22,135 nt of DNA, taken from the UHGV virus genome UHGV-0094927; one strand, written 5' to 3'. Numbering within the stretch: position 1 is the first letter of the stretch; each line of letters starts with the position of its first letter. The position numbers and the translations under genes were made by a program. Shown one piece after another: positions 8,847 to 20,237 of this stretch. The notes under the pieces are model-generated. The model saw nothing but the letters and a program-made list of their open reading frames with translations. It made no database searches and was not told the DNA's origin. This DNA comes from a virus.

Positions 8847-10178
8847 TTACTGCCCCAAAGATGGAAGATATCCGTAGCGATTAATGAAGTCGATTGACAG
8901 CTCGGGGTGCTGCTTCAGGTAATCTATAGAAGCCTGAGGCGCTTCCACTCGCTTGATACCGTTTTGCTGAACGTACTTACCAACCGCCTCATTACGCTTC
9001 TGGTTGAGCGTGTTCAGGATGACGCCAGCGTTGCGACGAAAGGACTCCTCGCTCTGCGAGTTCTGCAGCGAACCAACAGCCTGGTCGAGCTTTTTGCCCT
9101 CGGCATCAGAAAGTGCGCCCATGCCTCGCATGGCCTGAACCGCTGTCAGGTATGCTTGTGATTTAAAGGTATCAAGTCGTGCCTGAGTGTCTGCAGCCTG
9201 TGAGCCTGGAACGTTGGGGATTACTCCACGTAAGCCTGTAATGCTCTTAAGTGAAGGAGAACTAACGATATCGTTCAGAGTGAACATGCTGGTTGTGAGG
9301 GTGTTGATGCCGTCTTTGTAGCCATCATTTAGCGCTTGCTGCTTCTGCTGCAACTGCTGGTTGTTGGCTGCTATGCGGCTCTGTATTTCCTGGCGCTTCA
9401 GATCGTTAGTTTCTGCTGATAGCATCCGGTCAAGGCGCTTATTTTCGTTGTTAATGCGGTTTGTTTCTGCGTCCAGATTAATGCGCTGCTGACCTAAATT
9501 CGCCTGGATATCTTGTCCGCGCATTGTGATTGCCTGATTCCGAGCGGCGGTTTGCGAATCCAGATCCTGACCGCGCATGGTAACCTGGCGACCCTGCATT
9601 TTATCCTGTAGGTCAAAGTATTTTTCGGGTCCGAGACTGTTCATCCCCAGGTGATCGACAAATTCGCCGAACTGCCGCGGGTTCTGTTGGTACATCTGAG
9701 CGACGTCCTGAGGATTAACGCCAACACGAGCTAACTCACCGGCGTTGTTTTGCAGCCATGATTGCATTGCTTCTGGAGACGATGACGCAAGGCGTGCGCC
9801 AGCCGCTAAGGTGCCGATAGAATTACGCTGGTCTTCATCAATGAACCCCATGCCTTTACGAACGGATTCAATCTGGTCTGGATATTGAGTAGCCAACTGA
9901 CGCAAAGCACCGCGATCACCAGACGCATAAGCATTAGCGTACGCCTGCTGAAATTCTTTCTGCCGCTGAGCCTGCTTTTCCTGCTGAAACACCCCTGCAA
10001 TGCCTGAAAGGCCTTGCAAAGCAGTAAGCCCAACATTGTTAGCGCCTGAACGCTCAATATCATTGTTCTGCCTGATAAGCTGAAGCGTATTGCCGATGTC
10101 ATTTACGCTCGGAGCGTTTGAGTTGACGCCGCCGATACCAGCTAACAATCCGCCATTTGATCCTTGCCAAGTAGCCAT
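8847..10178 (-). CDS. Ejection (DNA-transfer) protein, gp20-like
   Basis: 443 aa, Gln/Ala/Asn-rich with coiled-coil-like central region. Middle of three consecutive ejection-protein genes (P22 order 7-20-16). Start ATG 10178 lies 10 nt after the upstream gene's stop. Confidence 0.65.
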   Translation of the reverse strand: MATWQGSNGGLLAGIGGVNSNAPSVNDIGNTLQLIRQNNDIERSGANNVGLTALQGLSGIAGVFQQEKQAQRQKEFQQAYANAYASGDRGALRQLATQYPDQIESVRKGMGFIDEDQRNSIGTLAAGARLASSSPEAMQSWLQNNAGELARVGVNPQDVAQMYQQNPRQFGEFVDHLGMNSLGPEKYFDLQDKMQGRQVTMRGQDLDSQTAARNQAITMRGQDIQANLGQQRINLDAETNRINNENKRLDRMLSAETNDLKRQEIQSRIAANNQQLQQKQQALNDGYKDGINTLTTSMFTLNDIVSSPSLKSITGLRGVIPNVPGSQAADTQARLDTFKSQAYLTAVQAMRGMGALSDAEGKKLDQAVGSLQNSQSEESFRRNAGVILNTLNQKRNEAVGKYVQQNGIKRVEAPQASIDYLKQHPELSIDFINRYGYLPSLGQ

Positions 10179-10187
10179 GATTACCCC

Positions 10188-10880
10188 TTAAAACAACGAG
10201 CCAAGCAATCCGATACCAGCACCAATGCCAGCGCCCCAAGGCGTTGATGTTCCCAAAAGGCTGGCAAGACCTGCACCGGCAATCGCACCAGACGTGCCGC
10301 CGCTAATTGCAGTCTGAAGACTTGATGGTTTATTGGCATTAGCAGCGGCAAGTGCTGCGCTTTGCTGTGCAATGCTGCTCATGTTGTTGGCGTACGTCTG
10401 CCCGGCGTTTGCCTGACCTTGCAGCGCACCAAGCCCAACGTTTGCCAGATTGTTGTAATTGCTCATCTGATTTGATAACCAAGACTGACCGAGTGTCGGC
10501 GCGATCGTAGCCAGTTGATTGCTTGTGGCTGTCGAACCAAGTCCACCCGTCGCCTCCGCAGCAGCAAGACTCTGGTAACGCGCCTGACCTGCAAGGTCTT
10601 TATACTGCTGAGAGTTGTAATACTGATTAAGTGCCTGCCCCTGACCTTCTAAACTGGAAAGATTCTGAAGCTGGTTAACATACTGCTCCGCAAGAGGCGT
10701 GAACGGAGCAAGGTTTTTCATGATCGTCTGCCACTGCTGATTTTGCAGGTCTGCGGCATACTTCTGAGCTTCTGCTGCATACTTTGCGCTTTTATCAGAG
10801 CTGCCACCTTTCCCGCCTTTTTCAGGGCAATAAGGTTCCTCGCCGCGCAGTTTTCTGCCCAGCTTAAATGCATATAACAT
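10188..10880 (-). CDS. Ejection (DNA-transfer) protein, gp7-like
   Basis: 230 aa (P22 gp7 is about 229 aa), N-terminus MLYAFKLGRKLRGEEP, Gln/Ala/Asn-rich, Gly/Ala-rich hydrophobic C-terminal tail. First gene after the gp14-like gene. Confidence 0.7.
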   Translation of the reverse strand: MLYAFKLGRKLRGEEPYCPEKGGKGGSSDKSAKYAAEAQKYAADLQNQQWQTIMKNLAPFTPLAEQYVNQLQNLSSLEGQGQALNQYYNSQQYKDLAGQARYQSLAAAEATGGLGSTATSNQLATIAPTLGQSWLSNQMSNYNNLANVGLGALQGQANAGQTYANNMSSIAQQSAALAAANANKPSSLQTAISGGTSGAIAGAGLASLLGTSTPWGAGIGAGIGLLGSLF

Positions 10881-10882
10881 AG

Positions 10883-11338
10883 CTATCTCCCGTGATTCAG
10901 GAAGTCGATTAGTTCTTCGCGTGTGGCGCTGTAAAAAGTCACGTCATCCACTCCTTTGAAGTATTTCTTGATGGTTCCTACACGCTTAAGGCCAATCATT
11001 GCGCAGTACATCTGACCGTGTCGGAATTTGCGTGCAGCGAACGATGTTACGCACTGAACGGTGGTGTTAGTCAGAATGTATCTCCAGAACGCCAGCCCGA
11101 TTTCCTTGCTGAAGCCGCGAATCTCTGGCAGGTACATGGCGTGGCAATCGAATGTCAGCGGCTGAATCTCCTGATAGTAAACAATGCCGCCAAACTGACC
11201 GTGCACGTTCACCTCAAAGTAACGGCATTCAGGTTTGTAGTCGTATCCATCACCGTTGTTGCTCCCGGCGATAATGTCAGGGTGATTTCCGACTGCTTCT
11301 ATCAGGTCGATGTTTCGCGTTGGTTTGAATGTAATCAT
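10883..11338 (-). CDS. gp14-like head/ejection-associated protein
   Basis: Position between tail needle and ejection proteins matches P22 gene 14. The listed ORF begins with GTG at 11341; the adjacent ATG at 11338 overlaps the tail-needle stop (TGATG), so I place the start there (151 aa). Identity by synteny and size only. Confidence 0.6.
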   Translation of the reverse strand: MITFKPTRNIDLIEAVGNHPDIIAGSNNGDGYDYKPECRYFEVNVHGQFGGIVYYQEIQPLTFDCHAMYLPEIRGFSKEIGLAFWRYILTNTTVQCVTSFAARKFRHGQMYCAMIGLKRVGTIKKYFKGVDDVTFYSATREELIDFLNHGR

Positions 11339-12186
11339 CACTGCTCCGCGATTATCTTGATGGTTGTGGCAGTAAACGCCGCACCATTCGACTGAATGGT
11401 TAACGTACTGCCATTTGTGGCAAGAAAGCCGTCTTTATCCACGCTGAAGAACGTAGCTAACAGGATGTTGTCGGTTGTTGTCGCCGCATTACGACTGCTG
11501 ACCAGTGTGTCAGGAACAGAGCCGGAAAATGTTAGCTGCATTGACCTGTTGGCGGTTCCGCTGGGCCACGTCCCGACGATCGACAGCTTGAAGAACAAGG
11601 TTTTGTTCTCGTTGAACACAACCATCTTGTTGTTAACGGTGTCGAAGAATGGTGCCAACGTCCCGGATGACGGCGTGAGCGTTTTCAGCAGGCTAACAAG
11701 GTTGGTCGGCGCTGTCGGGATGGTTACTGATACGCCAGAGTAAACAACCTCTGACTTCTTGCGTGTGGTTGCATACTCCAGAGCATCAATGCGCGTTTCA
11801 TGGTCTGAAACCTGCGACTCCAGCGACTGAACTCTGGTATCAAGCGACGCAATATCGCTTTCATTCTGAGTGATTCGTGTTTCATGTTCCTGAAGAGTTG
11901 ATTCTGCCTGGCTGATTCGCTCCTCATGATTAACAAGCGTTGCTTCCGCAGCAGAAATTCGCTGCTCATGGTCAGCGAGAATCACATCCTGCTCATCGTT
12001 CCTGACTTGTGCATCATAAGCGCCCTGTCCGGCCTCGTTGGCCTTGTTAGCCACGTTACCAACATCAGTACCCTGTGCGATAACGTACAGCAGATATGAC
12101 TGCGAGAAGATATTACGCGGAAGGACTGATGTATCGAGCCGCGTAGCTTGGATGATTACCGGCACATTGAGATTCGAATCCGCCAT
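11338..12186 (-). CDS. Tail needle (gp26-like) with trimeric coiled-coil shaft and an extra C-terminal domain (knob-type extension)
   Basis: 282 aa. N-terminus [43 protein letters not shown] matches the P22 gp26 N-terminal domain as I recall it. Central region has a 14-residue periodicity (DHEQRIS / NHEERIS / EHETRIT / DHETRID). The C-terminal ~140 aa are Thr/Ser/Asn-rich and extend beyond the 233-aa P22 needle. Start ATG 12186 overlaps gp10 stop (TAATG). Confidence 0.85.
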   Translation of the reverse strand: MADSNLNVPVIIQATRLDTSVLPRNIFSQSYLLYVIAQGTDVGNVANKANEAGQGAYDAQVRNDEQDVILADHEQRISAAEATLVNHEERISQAESTLQEHETRITQNESDIASLDTRVQSLESQVSDHETRIDALEYATTRKKSEVVYSGVSVTIPTAPTNLVSLLKTLTPSSGTLAPFFDTVNNKMVVFNENKTLFFKLSIVGTWPSGTANRSMQLTFSGSVPDTLVSSRNAATTTDNILLATFFSVDKDGFLATNGSTLTIQSNGAAFTATTIKIIAEQ

Positions 12187-13604
12187 TACTCAATCCTTAT
12201 CTGGCAGCCAGACAGAGTGACAGGTGACTTCGTGATAACGCGCAATTTGAAGCCGACATTTTTCCTGATGCGCCCGACTCGCTTCCACAAAACACGTTTG
12301 TCGTAAACGAACGGTTCATTCTGTTCAATCATCTGCTCACGTCCGTAATTTATGCCGTCAGTGGTTGCAGAGAGGAACAGGCGGTCGGCGTACTGAGCTA
12401 CGCCAGTGGATGATTCCACCTCCAGATCGAAGCATCTGGCGTTATCCGCTTTGAACAGTGGAGTAAACAGCAGGTGTTCCTGTTGAAGCCCATACTGGCT
12501 GCTGATATCGAACTGCAATTTGCCAGTAACCGATTCCAGCTTATCGCCGCACGTTATCTGATTGCCTTCGTAAATGAAGTCGATAGCGCGGTACACATCG
12601 TCATACAGGCCTGTTTTCAATACACACCATTGCGGACCATTGGCGCTTGAAGATGCGTCGTATACGAGGACATGGCGCGGAAGATGGATAATCAGCAGCT
12701 CATGCGCATCAAATCGCAGAGACTCCATCACGCCATCAGCCAGTTCATCAGCAGTGTAGGAGCGTAGTATTTTCTCAATGCTCGCGCTGGCGATTGGTGA
12801 TACCTGACCGGAGCCGATGATATACACAGACGGCGCACCTGTTGCCGGATTGCTGATAAACGCATAGGAATCAGCAAACGGCGTTTTGCAGTAAGTTCCG
12901 GCGATGCCTTTTTGCACCATCAGCGATGGCTGTGCGACATATAAAGCGGCACCAACAGTGGTTGCGCCAGTCAGGGAGAAATATTCAATCGTCGATGAAC
13001 CAAAGCAGACGATGAAGTCTCGCCATGTACCTATGCCGATGATTCCGTCAGGCTGAGACTCGGCACGATATTGTGCACTGTAGCGGTCAGGATGCGATTC
13101 GTCTTCAAGGTCAGTGATAAACCATGAATCAGTACCGTCTTTTGACCACGCATAACGCCCACGTAAGCGTGTAATGTCGCGGACTGAACCTAACTCATAC
13201 TGCGTGAATCCGCTGTCTGTAGGCCAGTTTGAGACGGTTTTAACCGTGCCATCATAACGATACTCGACCAGTTGACCATTAACGCCTACAGCCTGAGATG
13301 TTCGACCATGCGCCATTGATACGCGACCACTTCCGGCAACATCTCCGACTTCGCTTTCGCCTTTGTAGAGTTTGCCGCCACACACGCGATAAACAGCATT
13401 CTGCGCCATGTTGTACTCGACGCCGCGAGATACACCGTTCACATCAGAGCGTTTGGCAATGCCCGGGAATGAGCGAAGATATCCGCTGCTGTTGAGGATT
13501 TCTTTGGGTGTAGCCAACATATTCACTGGCAGATAGTCGATATAGTCGGCGTTTCTGAAATCTTTGCCGACACCTTTCATAAGCGGAAGTTGCTGAATCG
13601 GCAT
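12186..13604 (-). CDS. gp10-like head completion / tail hub protein
   Basis: 472 aa, same length as P22 gp10. Sequence [49 protein letters not shown]... is recognisably gp10-like. Start and stop tightly coupled to neighbours. Confidence 0.92.
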   Translation of the reverse strand: MPIQQLPLMKGVGKDFRNADYIDYLPVNMLATPKEILNSSGYLRSFPGIAKRSDVNGVSRGVEYNMAQNAVYRVCGGKLYKGESEVGDVAGSGRVSMAHGRTSQAVGVNGQLVEYRYDGTVKTVSNWPTDSGFTQYELGSVRDITRLRGRYAWSKDGTDSWFITDLEDESHPDRYSAQYRAESQPDGIIGIGTWRDFIVCFGSSTIEYFSLTGATTVGAALYVAQPSLMVQKGIAGTYCKTPFADSYAFISNPATGAPSVYIIGSGQVSPIASASIEKILRSYTADELADGVMESLRFDAHELLIIHLPRHVLVYDASSSANGPQWCVLKTGLYDDVYRAIDFIYEGNQITCGDKLESVTGKLQFDISSQYGLQQEHLLFTPLFKADNARCFDLEVESSTGVAQYADRLFLSATTDGINYGREQMIEQNEPFVYDKRVLWKRVGRIRKNVGFKLRVITKSPVTLSGCQIRIE

Positions 13605-14105
13605 TTATTCGCTCCCGTTATCGCAAGGTTCCTTCCGGTGGAAGTAATTCCAACCGTTCCACTTCGCCAACTGATTACCGCTACCAACAGGCATACGGTT
13701 TGGATAACCGGACTTACATTTAGCGGCTTTTGCTCTGTCCATTGCAGACAGTTTGACGAGTTGCTCTTTCCCGTATCTGGCAGTGGTTATAAGTTTTGCA
13801 GACGCTTCCAGCGCATAATCCGGAGCAATGCGGCAGGCAAGGTTGAAAATGACAGCATTTATAGCGTTATTTGATAAACCGTGTTCATCGCCAGGATCTG
13901 GAGCGACATCTGCATCAGCGAAAATGTAGCCAACGTTGATACCTGGTGACGCATCACCGCCAAGCCATTCAGCCATCATCATTTCAAGGTCGTTGACGCC
14001 ATCTTCCATAGACTGCGGTTCGAAATCGGTTAACGTGGCATTTGATGCCACACCGAGCTTACGTAATGCCGCAAGAACTAAATCACCCTTCGTTGTCAGG
14101 TTCAT
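13605..14105 (-). CDS. gp4-like head completion (portal-binding tail adaptor) protein
   Basis: The ORF track starts at 14168 (187 aa), but the internal ATG at 14105 gives 166 aa beginning [33 protein letters not shown], matching the P22 gp4 length and N-terminus as I recall it, and largely avoids overlap with the upstream small ORF. Stop abuts gp10 start. Confidence 0.85.
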   Translation of the reverse strand: MNLTTKGDLVLAALRKLGVASNATLTDFEPQSMEDGVNDLEMMMAEWLGGDASPGINVGYIFADADVAPDPGDEHGLSNNAINAVIFNLACRIAPDYALEASAKLITTARYGKEQLVKLSAMDRAKAAKCKSGYPNRMPVGSGNQLAKWNGWNYFHRKEPCDNGSE

Positions 14106-14307
14106 CTGCTGCCGCCTTAGGTTTTCGACCGGGCTTTTTACGCTGTTTTTCTTCTGGCTCTGCAACATCCTTCAAAAGGTCATCAGGATGTGAAAACCAG
14201 CCAGCACCCAGATATTCCTGAAGCTCTTCGGCTTTCACGATTTCAAAGTCGTAGCCAACGCCTTTCCACTTCTTCATGTCGCCATGACGAAAGATCATGT
14301 GTGTCAT
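14083..14307 (-). CDS. Small hypothetical protein between coat and gp4 genes (74 aa from the ATG after the terminator hairpin)
   Basis: Track ORF 14083..14355 (90 aa) has its first 16 codons across a terminator hairpin. The ATG at 14307 ([43 protein letters not shown]...) lies just downstream of the hairpin. P22 has a small ORF in this position, as I recall. Acidic/basic C-terminus; function unknown. Confidence 0.5.
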   Translation of the reverse strand: MTHMIFRHGDMKKWKGVGYDFEIVKAEELQEYLGAGWFSHPDDLLKDVAEPEEKQRKKPGRKPKAAADEPDNEG

Positions 14308-14320
14308 GCTTGTCTCCAGA

Positions 14321-14343
14321 TAAAAAAGGGAGCCGAAGCTCCC
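14321..14343 (-). terminator. Intrinsic terminator-like hairpin immediately after the coat gene
   Basis: Minus-strand read GGGAGC-UUCG-GCUCCC followed by UUUUUUA (plus 14328-14343 hairpin, 14322-14327 A-run). Begins 8 nt after the coat stop (TGA at 14352-14354). UUCG tetraloop. Confidence 0.6.
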
Positions 14344-14351
14344 TCTGGTTA

Positions 14352-15647
14352 TCACGCAGTCTGGTTAGGCAGACCAACACCAATTGCCTCTGGTCGTACA
14401 GCACATGCTGAATACCACACAGCAATACGGCACTTACCAGACAGAGTGTTGATATCACCCTGCGTTGCGAAGATGCCGTTAACACCAATACCAGGAATGC
14501 TGAAGGAAGAAGTTTTCATGCCAGCAAACAGTTCATGAGTTACCGGGATCGGCTGAGACAGCAGACGGATTGAGTCATCAGCCCAGAACACGTTAGCGGT
14601 GGTTGTTGCCACGTTCAGAACATTTACCGGAGTGGTATCAGCAAGAGAGGTGTTTACGTTAGCGTAAGCCTTCTCTTCTTTTGTCAGTGACGAGTCATCC
14701 AGTGCAATCGGTTTCGGCGTGATTTCGAGGTGAGTACCATCGATCACACGGGTGATTGAGAAAGTAGCATCATCAGTCAGCACGTTCTTCGCCATCTGAG
14801 ACAGGAATTTCACACCAGTGAAGCTGATTTTGTCGCCGCGCTTAAATCCGGTGGTGGAGGATACGGTTACCGTTGCAACACGGTTGTCGACGTTCTCTTT
14901 GTTACCATCGGTATCAAGGGTGTATGCCTGCGGCTTAAACTTCTGCGCACCAGAAACAGTTACACCAGTAGCGGTTGACTTGGTAACTGCCGGAAGTTTC
15001 GGTGAGCGAAGAATTTCATCAAAGCCAGCAATCTGACGCTGAATAGTACCGTTGCGATACGCTTCTTCAGGAACGCGACCGAAGATGTCACCATCTACCA
15101 GGTTGCGGCCTGCTTTGCGGTAATCGTCAGGGTTCAGGAAGTAACTGATGCCCATATCGCGGTTTAGCTCACGGGAGAACATCAGGCGCTCTGCATCAGA
15201 CACAAAATCCCAGCCAGACAGGCCAGTAGATGGACCAATTGCGCGGGTATCGTGAACAACAAGCGAGCCCATTTCAGTTGCCTGTTTGGCAATTGCTGAC
15301 TCAATGTTATTCGCCAGTTTTTTGGCGGATGCCTGGATGCGGCGACGGTAAGAACGCTCATCACGCAGGTCATTTGCACGAAGCTCGAAGAAATCGTTAT
15401 CCGGATCGCCCATGTTGCATTTCACGGAGAGTTCCAGAATCCCGGTTGCGTTGCCAGTTAAATCCCAGCCAGTCTGGGTTGGCGCTTCCTGCTCAACAGG
15501 CATCCACACGGTGTTGCTTGAACGCTGCATGGATTCTGCCGGAGGGGTGTATTTTGTCACTTTGGACGCCATTGGCGTCAGGTTCTGGACGGTTTCGATG
15601 ATTTCATCCAGAGCATACGTGACCAGTTGACCTTCATTTAATGCCAT
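14352..15647 (-). CDS. Major capsid (coat) protein, P22 gp5-like (HK97-fold)
   Basis: 431 aa, [54 protein letters not shown]...; recognised as P22 coat protein along its length. Start overlaps scaffold stop (TAATG). Confidence 0.96.
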   Translation of the reverse strand: MALNEGQLVTYALDEIIETVQNLTPMASKVTKYTPPAESMQRSSNTVWMPVEQEAPTQTGWDLTGNATGILELSVKCNMGDPDNDFFELRANDLRDERSYRRRIQASAKKLANNIESAIAKQATEMGSLVVHDTRAIGPSTGLSGWDFVSDAERLMFSRELNRDMGISYFLNPDDYRKAGRNLVDGDIFGRVPEEAYRNGTIQRQIAGFDEILRSPKLPAVTKSTATGVTVSGAQKFKPQAYTLDTDGNKENVDNRVATVTVSSTTGFKRGDKISFTGVKFLSQMAKNVLTDDATFSITRVIDGTHLEITPKPIALDDSSLTKEEKAYANVNTSLADTTPVNVLNVATTTANVFWADDSIRLLSQPIPVTHELFAGMKTSSFSIPGIGVNGIFATQGDINTLSGKCRIAVWYSACAVRPEAIGVGLPNQTA

Positions 15648-16558
15648 TATCGAATTCCTTTATTCAGTTGCGCCTTGAGCTTGCGGTACGTCTCTACATC
15701 CCCTTTGTTTGCTGCCGCCTCCATCTGCTTCTCAATCGCAGAGATATTTGCAGCAACAGCGTGTCCCTGAATGGGTTCATCAGGTAGCGGGGCTTCTGAA
15801 ACAGGTTTGGCTCGAGGCTTGAGAGTTAAACGTTCTGACAGTCGAGTGAGTTCAATCAACGCGGATTGCCCGTCCATCGCCAGCAACTGGCGTGTTTTTT
15901 CAGGATTAGCACCAAGGTGATACATGAGAGCAGCGGATTTCTCCGGGAATAGGCGCATGATGTCGGCACCGACTGCTGGCGGCACCAGTTGCATGAATGC
16001 ATCCTCTTTCTCCTGATAGTCAGGGATATTGAGCTTTTCCGCTGCGTCGTAGTGCTTACGGGCTGCCTCGACGTATTGCGCTGATTGCTGGGTGAACTCC
16101 TGAGTTTTGCGACCCTGCTCGGCGACAGCCTGGCTTCGTGCGTCCATAGCCTTGATCTGCCATTCACTGTTTGCCTGCTGGAAGGCAGCCAGTGCGCGGC
16201 TCTGGTCATAGTCGTACTTAGCCAGTGCATCTTCGGAAAGATAATCGTTAGGGTCTGGTTGTTTTGGTAACTCAGGGTTCACCCGCAGGTGCTCCGGCAA
16301 CTCTCCACGCTTAACCGCTTCCATCTGCTGCTCAAGCTCACGCTGGCGTTTGCGTTCGATGCGGCGACGGGCAAATTCAGCATTAGTTGCCGGGTCTTGT
16401 TTTGGTTTCTCATCGTCTTTCAGGACAATCTCGAAGCCTTCTTCCTGACCTGCGATGTCGTTGGCATTATCGACAACTAAGCCATCAGCAGATGCCGCTG
16501 CATGATTGCCGGGCAGGGTTAACTCTTCAGAAGCCTGAATGTCGGTGGTTTGGTCCAT
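15647..16558 (-). CDS. Scaffolding protein, P22 gp8-like
   Basis: 303 aa (P22 gp8 is 303 aa), acidic N-terminus, helical charged protein ...[26 protein letters not shown]...; immediately between portal and coat. Confidence 0.93.
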   Translation of the reverse strand: MDQTTDIQASEELTLPGNHAAASADGLVVDNANDIAGQEEGFEIVLKDDEKPKQDPATNAEFARRRIERKRQRELEQQMEAVKRGELPEHLRVNPELPKQPDPNDYLSEDALAKYDYDQSRALAAFQQANSEWQIKAMDARSQAVAEQGRKTQEFTQQSAQYVEAARKHYDAAEKLNIPDYQEKEDAFMQLVPPAVGADIMRLFPEKSAALMYHLGANPEKTRQLLAMDGQSALIELTRLSERLTLKPRAKPVSEAPLPDEPIQGHAVAANISAIEKQMEAAANKGDVETYRKLKAQLNKGIR

Positions 16559-16571
16559 GGTTAACTCTCTC

Positions 16572-18737
16572 TTATTGAGGTGTCTCGGCTACTCCGCCGG
16601 AGGGGATTTGAACTTGACGCATAAGATTCGCGAAATCCATGCGTTGTGAATGAGTCTGGTCTGCATCTTTAAGAAGCAGCTCAGCGTTAGCGCGAGCATC
16701 TTTGCTGCGCTGTTGCTGGAATTGACCTACGAGCTTGAGGTACTCACGCAGTTCTGCCTGCTTGTCGAGGTCCATATTGTTGAAGATTTCTGCAATCTTC
16801 GCGGCGTTGAGTTGGTTTTGAGCTTCAACCTTGGCAGCTTCAACCTGAATCTGCGCCTGTTGGTTCTCTGCCTTGAGCAATTCAGCCTGACCTTGCAGAA
16901 GGATACCCTGCGCCTGAATTTGCTCTGCTGATGGCTGCTGCGGCTGCTGTTGAGCCTGCTGTACCATCTCCATCTCTTCAGGTGTTTCTGGTTTCTTCAA
17001 CCCCATCATCACCAGTTGCTTGTTCGCGTACTCTCGCATCATCTCGACGCCTTTACCGTCAAGCAGCGTGAAGTATTGCAGCATCAGCATCTGGAACTCT
17101 GGAGTACCTTGCGGAACCTTGGTTAGTAACTCCTGAATCTCTGCGCGGTTCTGTTCCTTCATGCTCTGGAAGGATGGTCCAACGTCTGTATAGCACTCAT
17201 AGCGACCACGAATGTCGTTGAGTGTGACCACATTGCCGGACTGGTAATCGACAACTTGCGCGTAGAGTTGAACGTCTTTCTCGCTACCATCTTCAAGTGT
17301 CAGCGTTACATGGCGAGGAACGTCATAAATATCGTTGACCATTGAGGCATAAATCTCGCCATCACGTCGCATTGCGGTAGCCAGGTTATCCTGAAACACG
17401 TATGTCTCAAGGTCTGCCCGCATGTTCAGTTGATTGACGGTATCAAAAGCGACCTGACCATTTGCCGCCTGCGCATCCACGCCAAGACTAGCCACTTCTT
17501 TCACTGCGTTGGTGGCAGCCTCAAGCATGTAAGCGTTGGCTTGCGGCACTTCAGGGTTTTCCATGTAGGAGATTGGACCAATCGGCAGGTCGCTACCGTT
17601 TTCATCGGTCCTGTTCTGCAGATAGTACGGATAGTCATCATTTCCACCGTACATGTATTCGTAGCCTTCGATTTGCTCAGGGAAGAAGGTCGGTTTCTTC
17701 TTCGGTGAACGAGCAACAATATCGGCGTTGAACGACATGATCATGTTACGAAGGCGTTGACCGTCTTTCGTCAGCCTTACCACTCCTTCGTAGCACTCCT
17801 TGTCACCAGCGAATGACCATTCGCCATACACTGGAACGATTGGAATATGCACTCCGGCTATCTTCTCGCGGTCTTTCAGTATCTGCGTGCAGGTGATGAT
17901 CGACTTATACACACGCCGACGCTTCACCTTGCGCTCTGCTACCTTAATGAATCCACGATTAGCCAGGTCGTCGATGACGTCTTTGATATCCTGCTGGTAA
18001 TAGCTGACCGGCTCACCTGTCAGCGGGTCGCGGTAGATGAAGACTTTCTCCTTCTTCTCTTCTACCTCGTAATACTCAGCGACGTAGACGACATCATTCG
18101 ATACCCAAGGAAACAGCCATGTATCGTTCGGATTCTGGAAAGATGGCAAGGTGTCCGGATCAATACCGTAATCCTCTGCGAACTCTTTCCAGCCATTGCG
18201 TGACAAGGCGTTAATCACCGTGCAGTGCTTAGCGTCGCTCTTATCCATCTGCTTGCTGTTGGCGTCCCATATGACGTGTGAGCAGGCTTCATGGATTGGA
18301 AGGCGTCGGATTACCTGATTGTTGCTTGTTGGGTCGTTGTCTTCGTACTGGGTGACCAGACGCCATGCACCAACGCCGGACTCTATCTGCTCACGAACGC
18401 CAACGTTAACGGCAATTTTTGCCGTGTTATGGCGCATATCAGTACGATACATCCCCATCAGCACATCGGCAGCATCAGGATTAGCGCCGTCTTTTGGTCT
18501 GAATAGAACGTCGATAGGGTTCCGGCGCATCTCTGCGACGAGTTTCCTGACCACCGGGCGAACAACATCGAATTGTCCGCGATATTGCAGGGTGGTGTAG
18601 TTTGATAGCCAGTCATCCCATTGCGACACTCGGCTAAAATACAGGTCATTTGTCGCCTCGGTTCTGGCTTCATCGCTCGCCATCCAGTCCGCGTCAAACT
18701 TACACAGAATGGAATTGAGTCTGTTTTCGTCGGCCAT
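16572..18737 (-). CDS. Portal protein, P22 gp1-like
   Basis: 721 aa, [63 protein letters not shown]...; recognised as P22 portal along its length, including the long C-terminal helical barrel region. Start follows the TerL stop directly (TAAATG). Confidence 0.97.
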   Translation of the reverse strand: MADENRLNSILCKFDADWMASDEARTEATNDLYFSRVSQWDDWLSNYTTLQYRGQFDVVRPVVRKLVAEMRRNPIDVLFRPKDGANPDAADVLMGMYRTDMRHNTAKIAVNVGVREQIESGVGAWRLVTQYEDNDPTSNNQVIRRLPIHEACSHVIWDANSKQMDKSDAKHCTVINALSRNGWKEFAEDYGIDPDTLPSFQNPNDTWLFPWVSNDVVYVAEYYEVEEKKEKVFIYRDPLTGEPVSYYQQDIKDVIDDLANRGFIKVAERKVKRRRVYKSIITCTQILKDREKIAGVHIPIVPVYGEWSFAGDKECYEGVVRLTKDGQRLRNMIMSFNADIVARSPKKKPTFFPEQIEGYEYMYGGNDDYPYYLQNRTDENGSDLPIGPISYMENPEVPQANAYMLEAATNAVKEVASLGVDAQAANGQVAFDTVNQLNMRADLETYVFQDNLATAMRRDGEIYASMVNDIYDVPRHVTLTLEDGSEKDVQLYAQVVDYQSGNVVTLNDIRGRYECYTDVGPSFQSMKEQNRAEIQELLTKVPQGTPEFQMLMLQYFTLLDGKGVEMMREYANKQLVMMGLKKPETPEEMEMVQQAQQQPQQPSAEQIQAQGILLQGQAELLKAENQQAQIQVEAAKVEAQNQLNAAKIAEIFNNMDLDKQAELREYLKLVGQFQQQRSKDARANAELLLKDADQTHSQRMDFANLMRQVQIPSGGVAETPQ

Positions 18738-20237
18738 TTAAGTTCTCCGTGCGATGGGCCTGATTGGGGCTGGTATCTTTTTCTCTTTTGGTTTTTTGAT
18801 GTCGCGCATCATTTTGGCGAAGCGGCGCATCATGTATGCATAGCGAACGGCTGAGAGAACGTCGTCGTTAAGCTTGACGATTTTCCCGTTTTCATCACGG
18901 TGATAGAGGCGGAACTCCTCAAAGAATGGCTCACAGGTGTTGAATACTTTGAAGCGACCATCGAGCATCATGTCGCGCAATTCAGTGATGCCAGGCTCAA
19001 CAGCATTACCGCCATCAGGCCATGTCGCATGCTCCTGCAACATCATAAAACCAGCGTCCGCGTACTGCCCTTTAAGCTGCTCACCGCCGCCCTTCTCATG
19101 CTGGTTTCCGTCATGAGGCCATGCTGTTGGCACTTTATGCGCCCATGATTTAACCGCTCCCCATGCCTGAACGGCTGTTTTTTCTTTCGCCTTCCACACG
19201 CGTGAAACGTAGATTGTGTCTGCGTCCTTATCCCACCAAAGCTGAACCTGCGCCTGAGGGTGATCCCATCCGAAATCCATCCCGCCAATTACGTAGAAGT
19301 GATCAGGACACTCGAACGGCTGACACTTAATCGTCTCTTCCGGTATCTGGAAGATTCGCCCGCTACCCATCGTAGGAATACCGCGAGCACGCGCCTCTCT
19401 CTCATGCTCGGGATAGGATGCGATGATTTGCTCTTTCTGCTCGTGGGTGTAGTGCTCAGCGTCGTAGATGGTCATGTTGACCACTTTCTGCGACCTGCTG
19501 GGATTCTTCAGGAACTTGGTAACAACGTCAGACATCCCCATCAGCGGGGTAAACGTCAGAATTGAGAATTGCCCGTATTTGTTGGTACGGGTAAGACCTT
19601 CGCCATAAATGCTGTATGGTGGTTCTTCGTCAAACCACACGCCATGGATTGTGTCACCCTGCCAGCGAGCACGGCCTTGCGAGTATGGCTTGAAGTAGCA
19701 GATTGAAATGCCATCTTCAACGCCATCAGCCGTGTGATGCTTAACCAGAAGATGATCAACAAGGTTCGGAAAGAAAGGAGACTTCTTCCAGCTAATGATG
19801 TCTTCTTTCGGTATGGAACCGTAGCCAGGCTCATCATTCTCTTCGATACGACCGCACAGGATGCGTTGAGTCGTTTTGGTTACAGTCTCGTTTGTCTCGC
19901 CACCAATCCAGAAGACAACAGGCTCATAGAAACGCTTACCTTTCCACTCACCGCCATATTTACCATCAGCAGGATAGCCTTTTGTGCCCGGATAACGCCC
20001 TGTAAGGTGAAACGCGACTTCAGCAGCACCAGTAAATGACTTACCAAGCTGGTTACCAGCCATAAAACATCGCTCTGGATAGTCATGCCCGGCGTCGATG
20101 AACTCACGCTGTTTGCTGTATGGCGTAAATTCATATAGCAGGTGTGTGTTCCGGTAGTTCTCTTCTTCTTCGAGTAGCTCGAGCAATTCGATTTGCTCTT
20201 CGTCGCTCAGGTTATCAAGAATCGCGTCCAGTTCCAC
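18738..20237 (-). CDS. Terminase large subunit, P22 gp2-like
   Basis: 499 aa (P22 gp2 is 499 aa), acidic N-terminus [30 protein letters not shown]. The start codon at 20237 is GTG on the minus strand. Overlaps terS by 23 nt. Confidence 0.96.
   Translation of the reverse strand: MELDAILDNLSDEEQIELLELLEEEENYRNTHLLYEFTPYSKQREFIDAGHDYPERCFMAGNQLGKSFTGAAEVAFHLTGRYPGTKGYPADGKYGGEWKGKRFYEPVVFWIGGETNETVTKTTQRILCGRIEENDEPGYGSIPKEDIISWKKSPFFPNLVDHLLVKHHTADGVEDGISICYFKPYSQGRARWQGDTIHGVWFDEEPPYSIYGEGLTRTNKYGQFSILTFTPLMGMSDVVTKFLKNPSRSQKVVNMTIYDAEHYTHEQKEQIIASYPEHEREARARGIPTMGSGRIFQIPEETIKCQPFECPDHFYVIGGMDFGWDHPQAQVQLWWDKDADTIYVSRVWKAKEKTAVQAWGAVKSWAHKVPTAWPHDGNQHEKGGGEQLKGQYADAGFMMLQEHATWPDGGNAVEPGITELRDMMLDGRFKVFNTCEPFFEEFRLYHRDENGKIVKLNDDVLSAVRYAYMMRRFAKMMRDIKKPKEKKIPAPIRPIARRT

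Noticed and set aside
13605-14168. The longer 187-aa version of the gp4-like ORF starting at 14168
   Set aside because: The extra 21 N-terminal codons overlap the upstream small ORF and are not protein-like; the ATG at 14105 gives the expected 166-aa gp4 length.
6761-19837. Numerous 60-130 aa ORFs on the + strand or in alternative frames within the late structural genes (e.g. 8472..8825, 11018..11395, 11396..11743, 15230..15601, 17847..18203, 19260..19565)
   Set aside because: All lie inside well-supported minus-strand structural genes; their proteins are low-complexity or Arg/Cys-rich as expected for off-frame translation.
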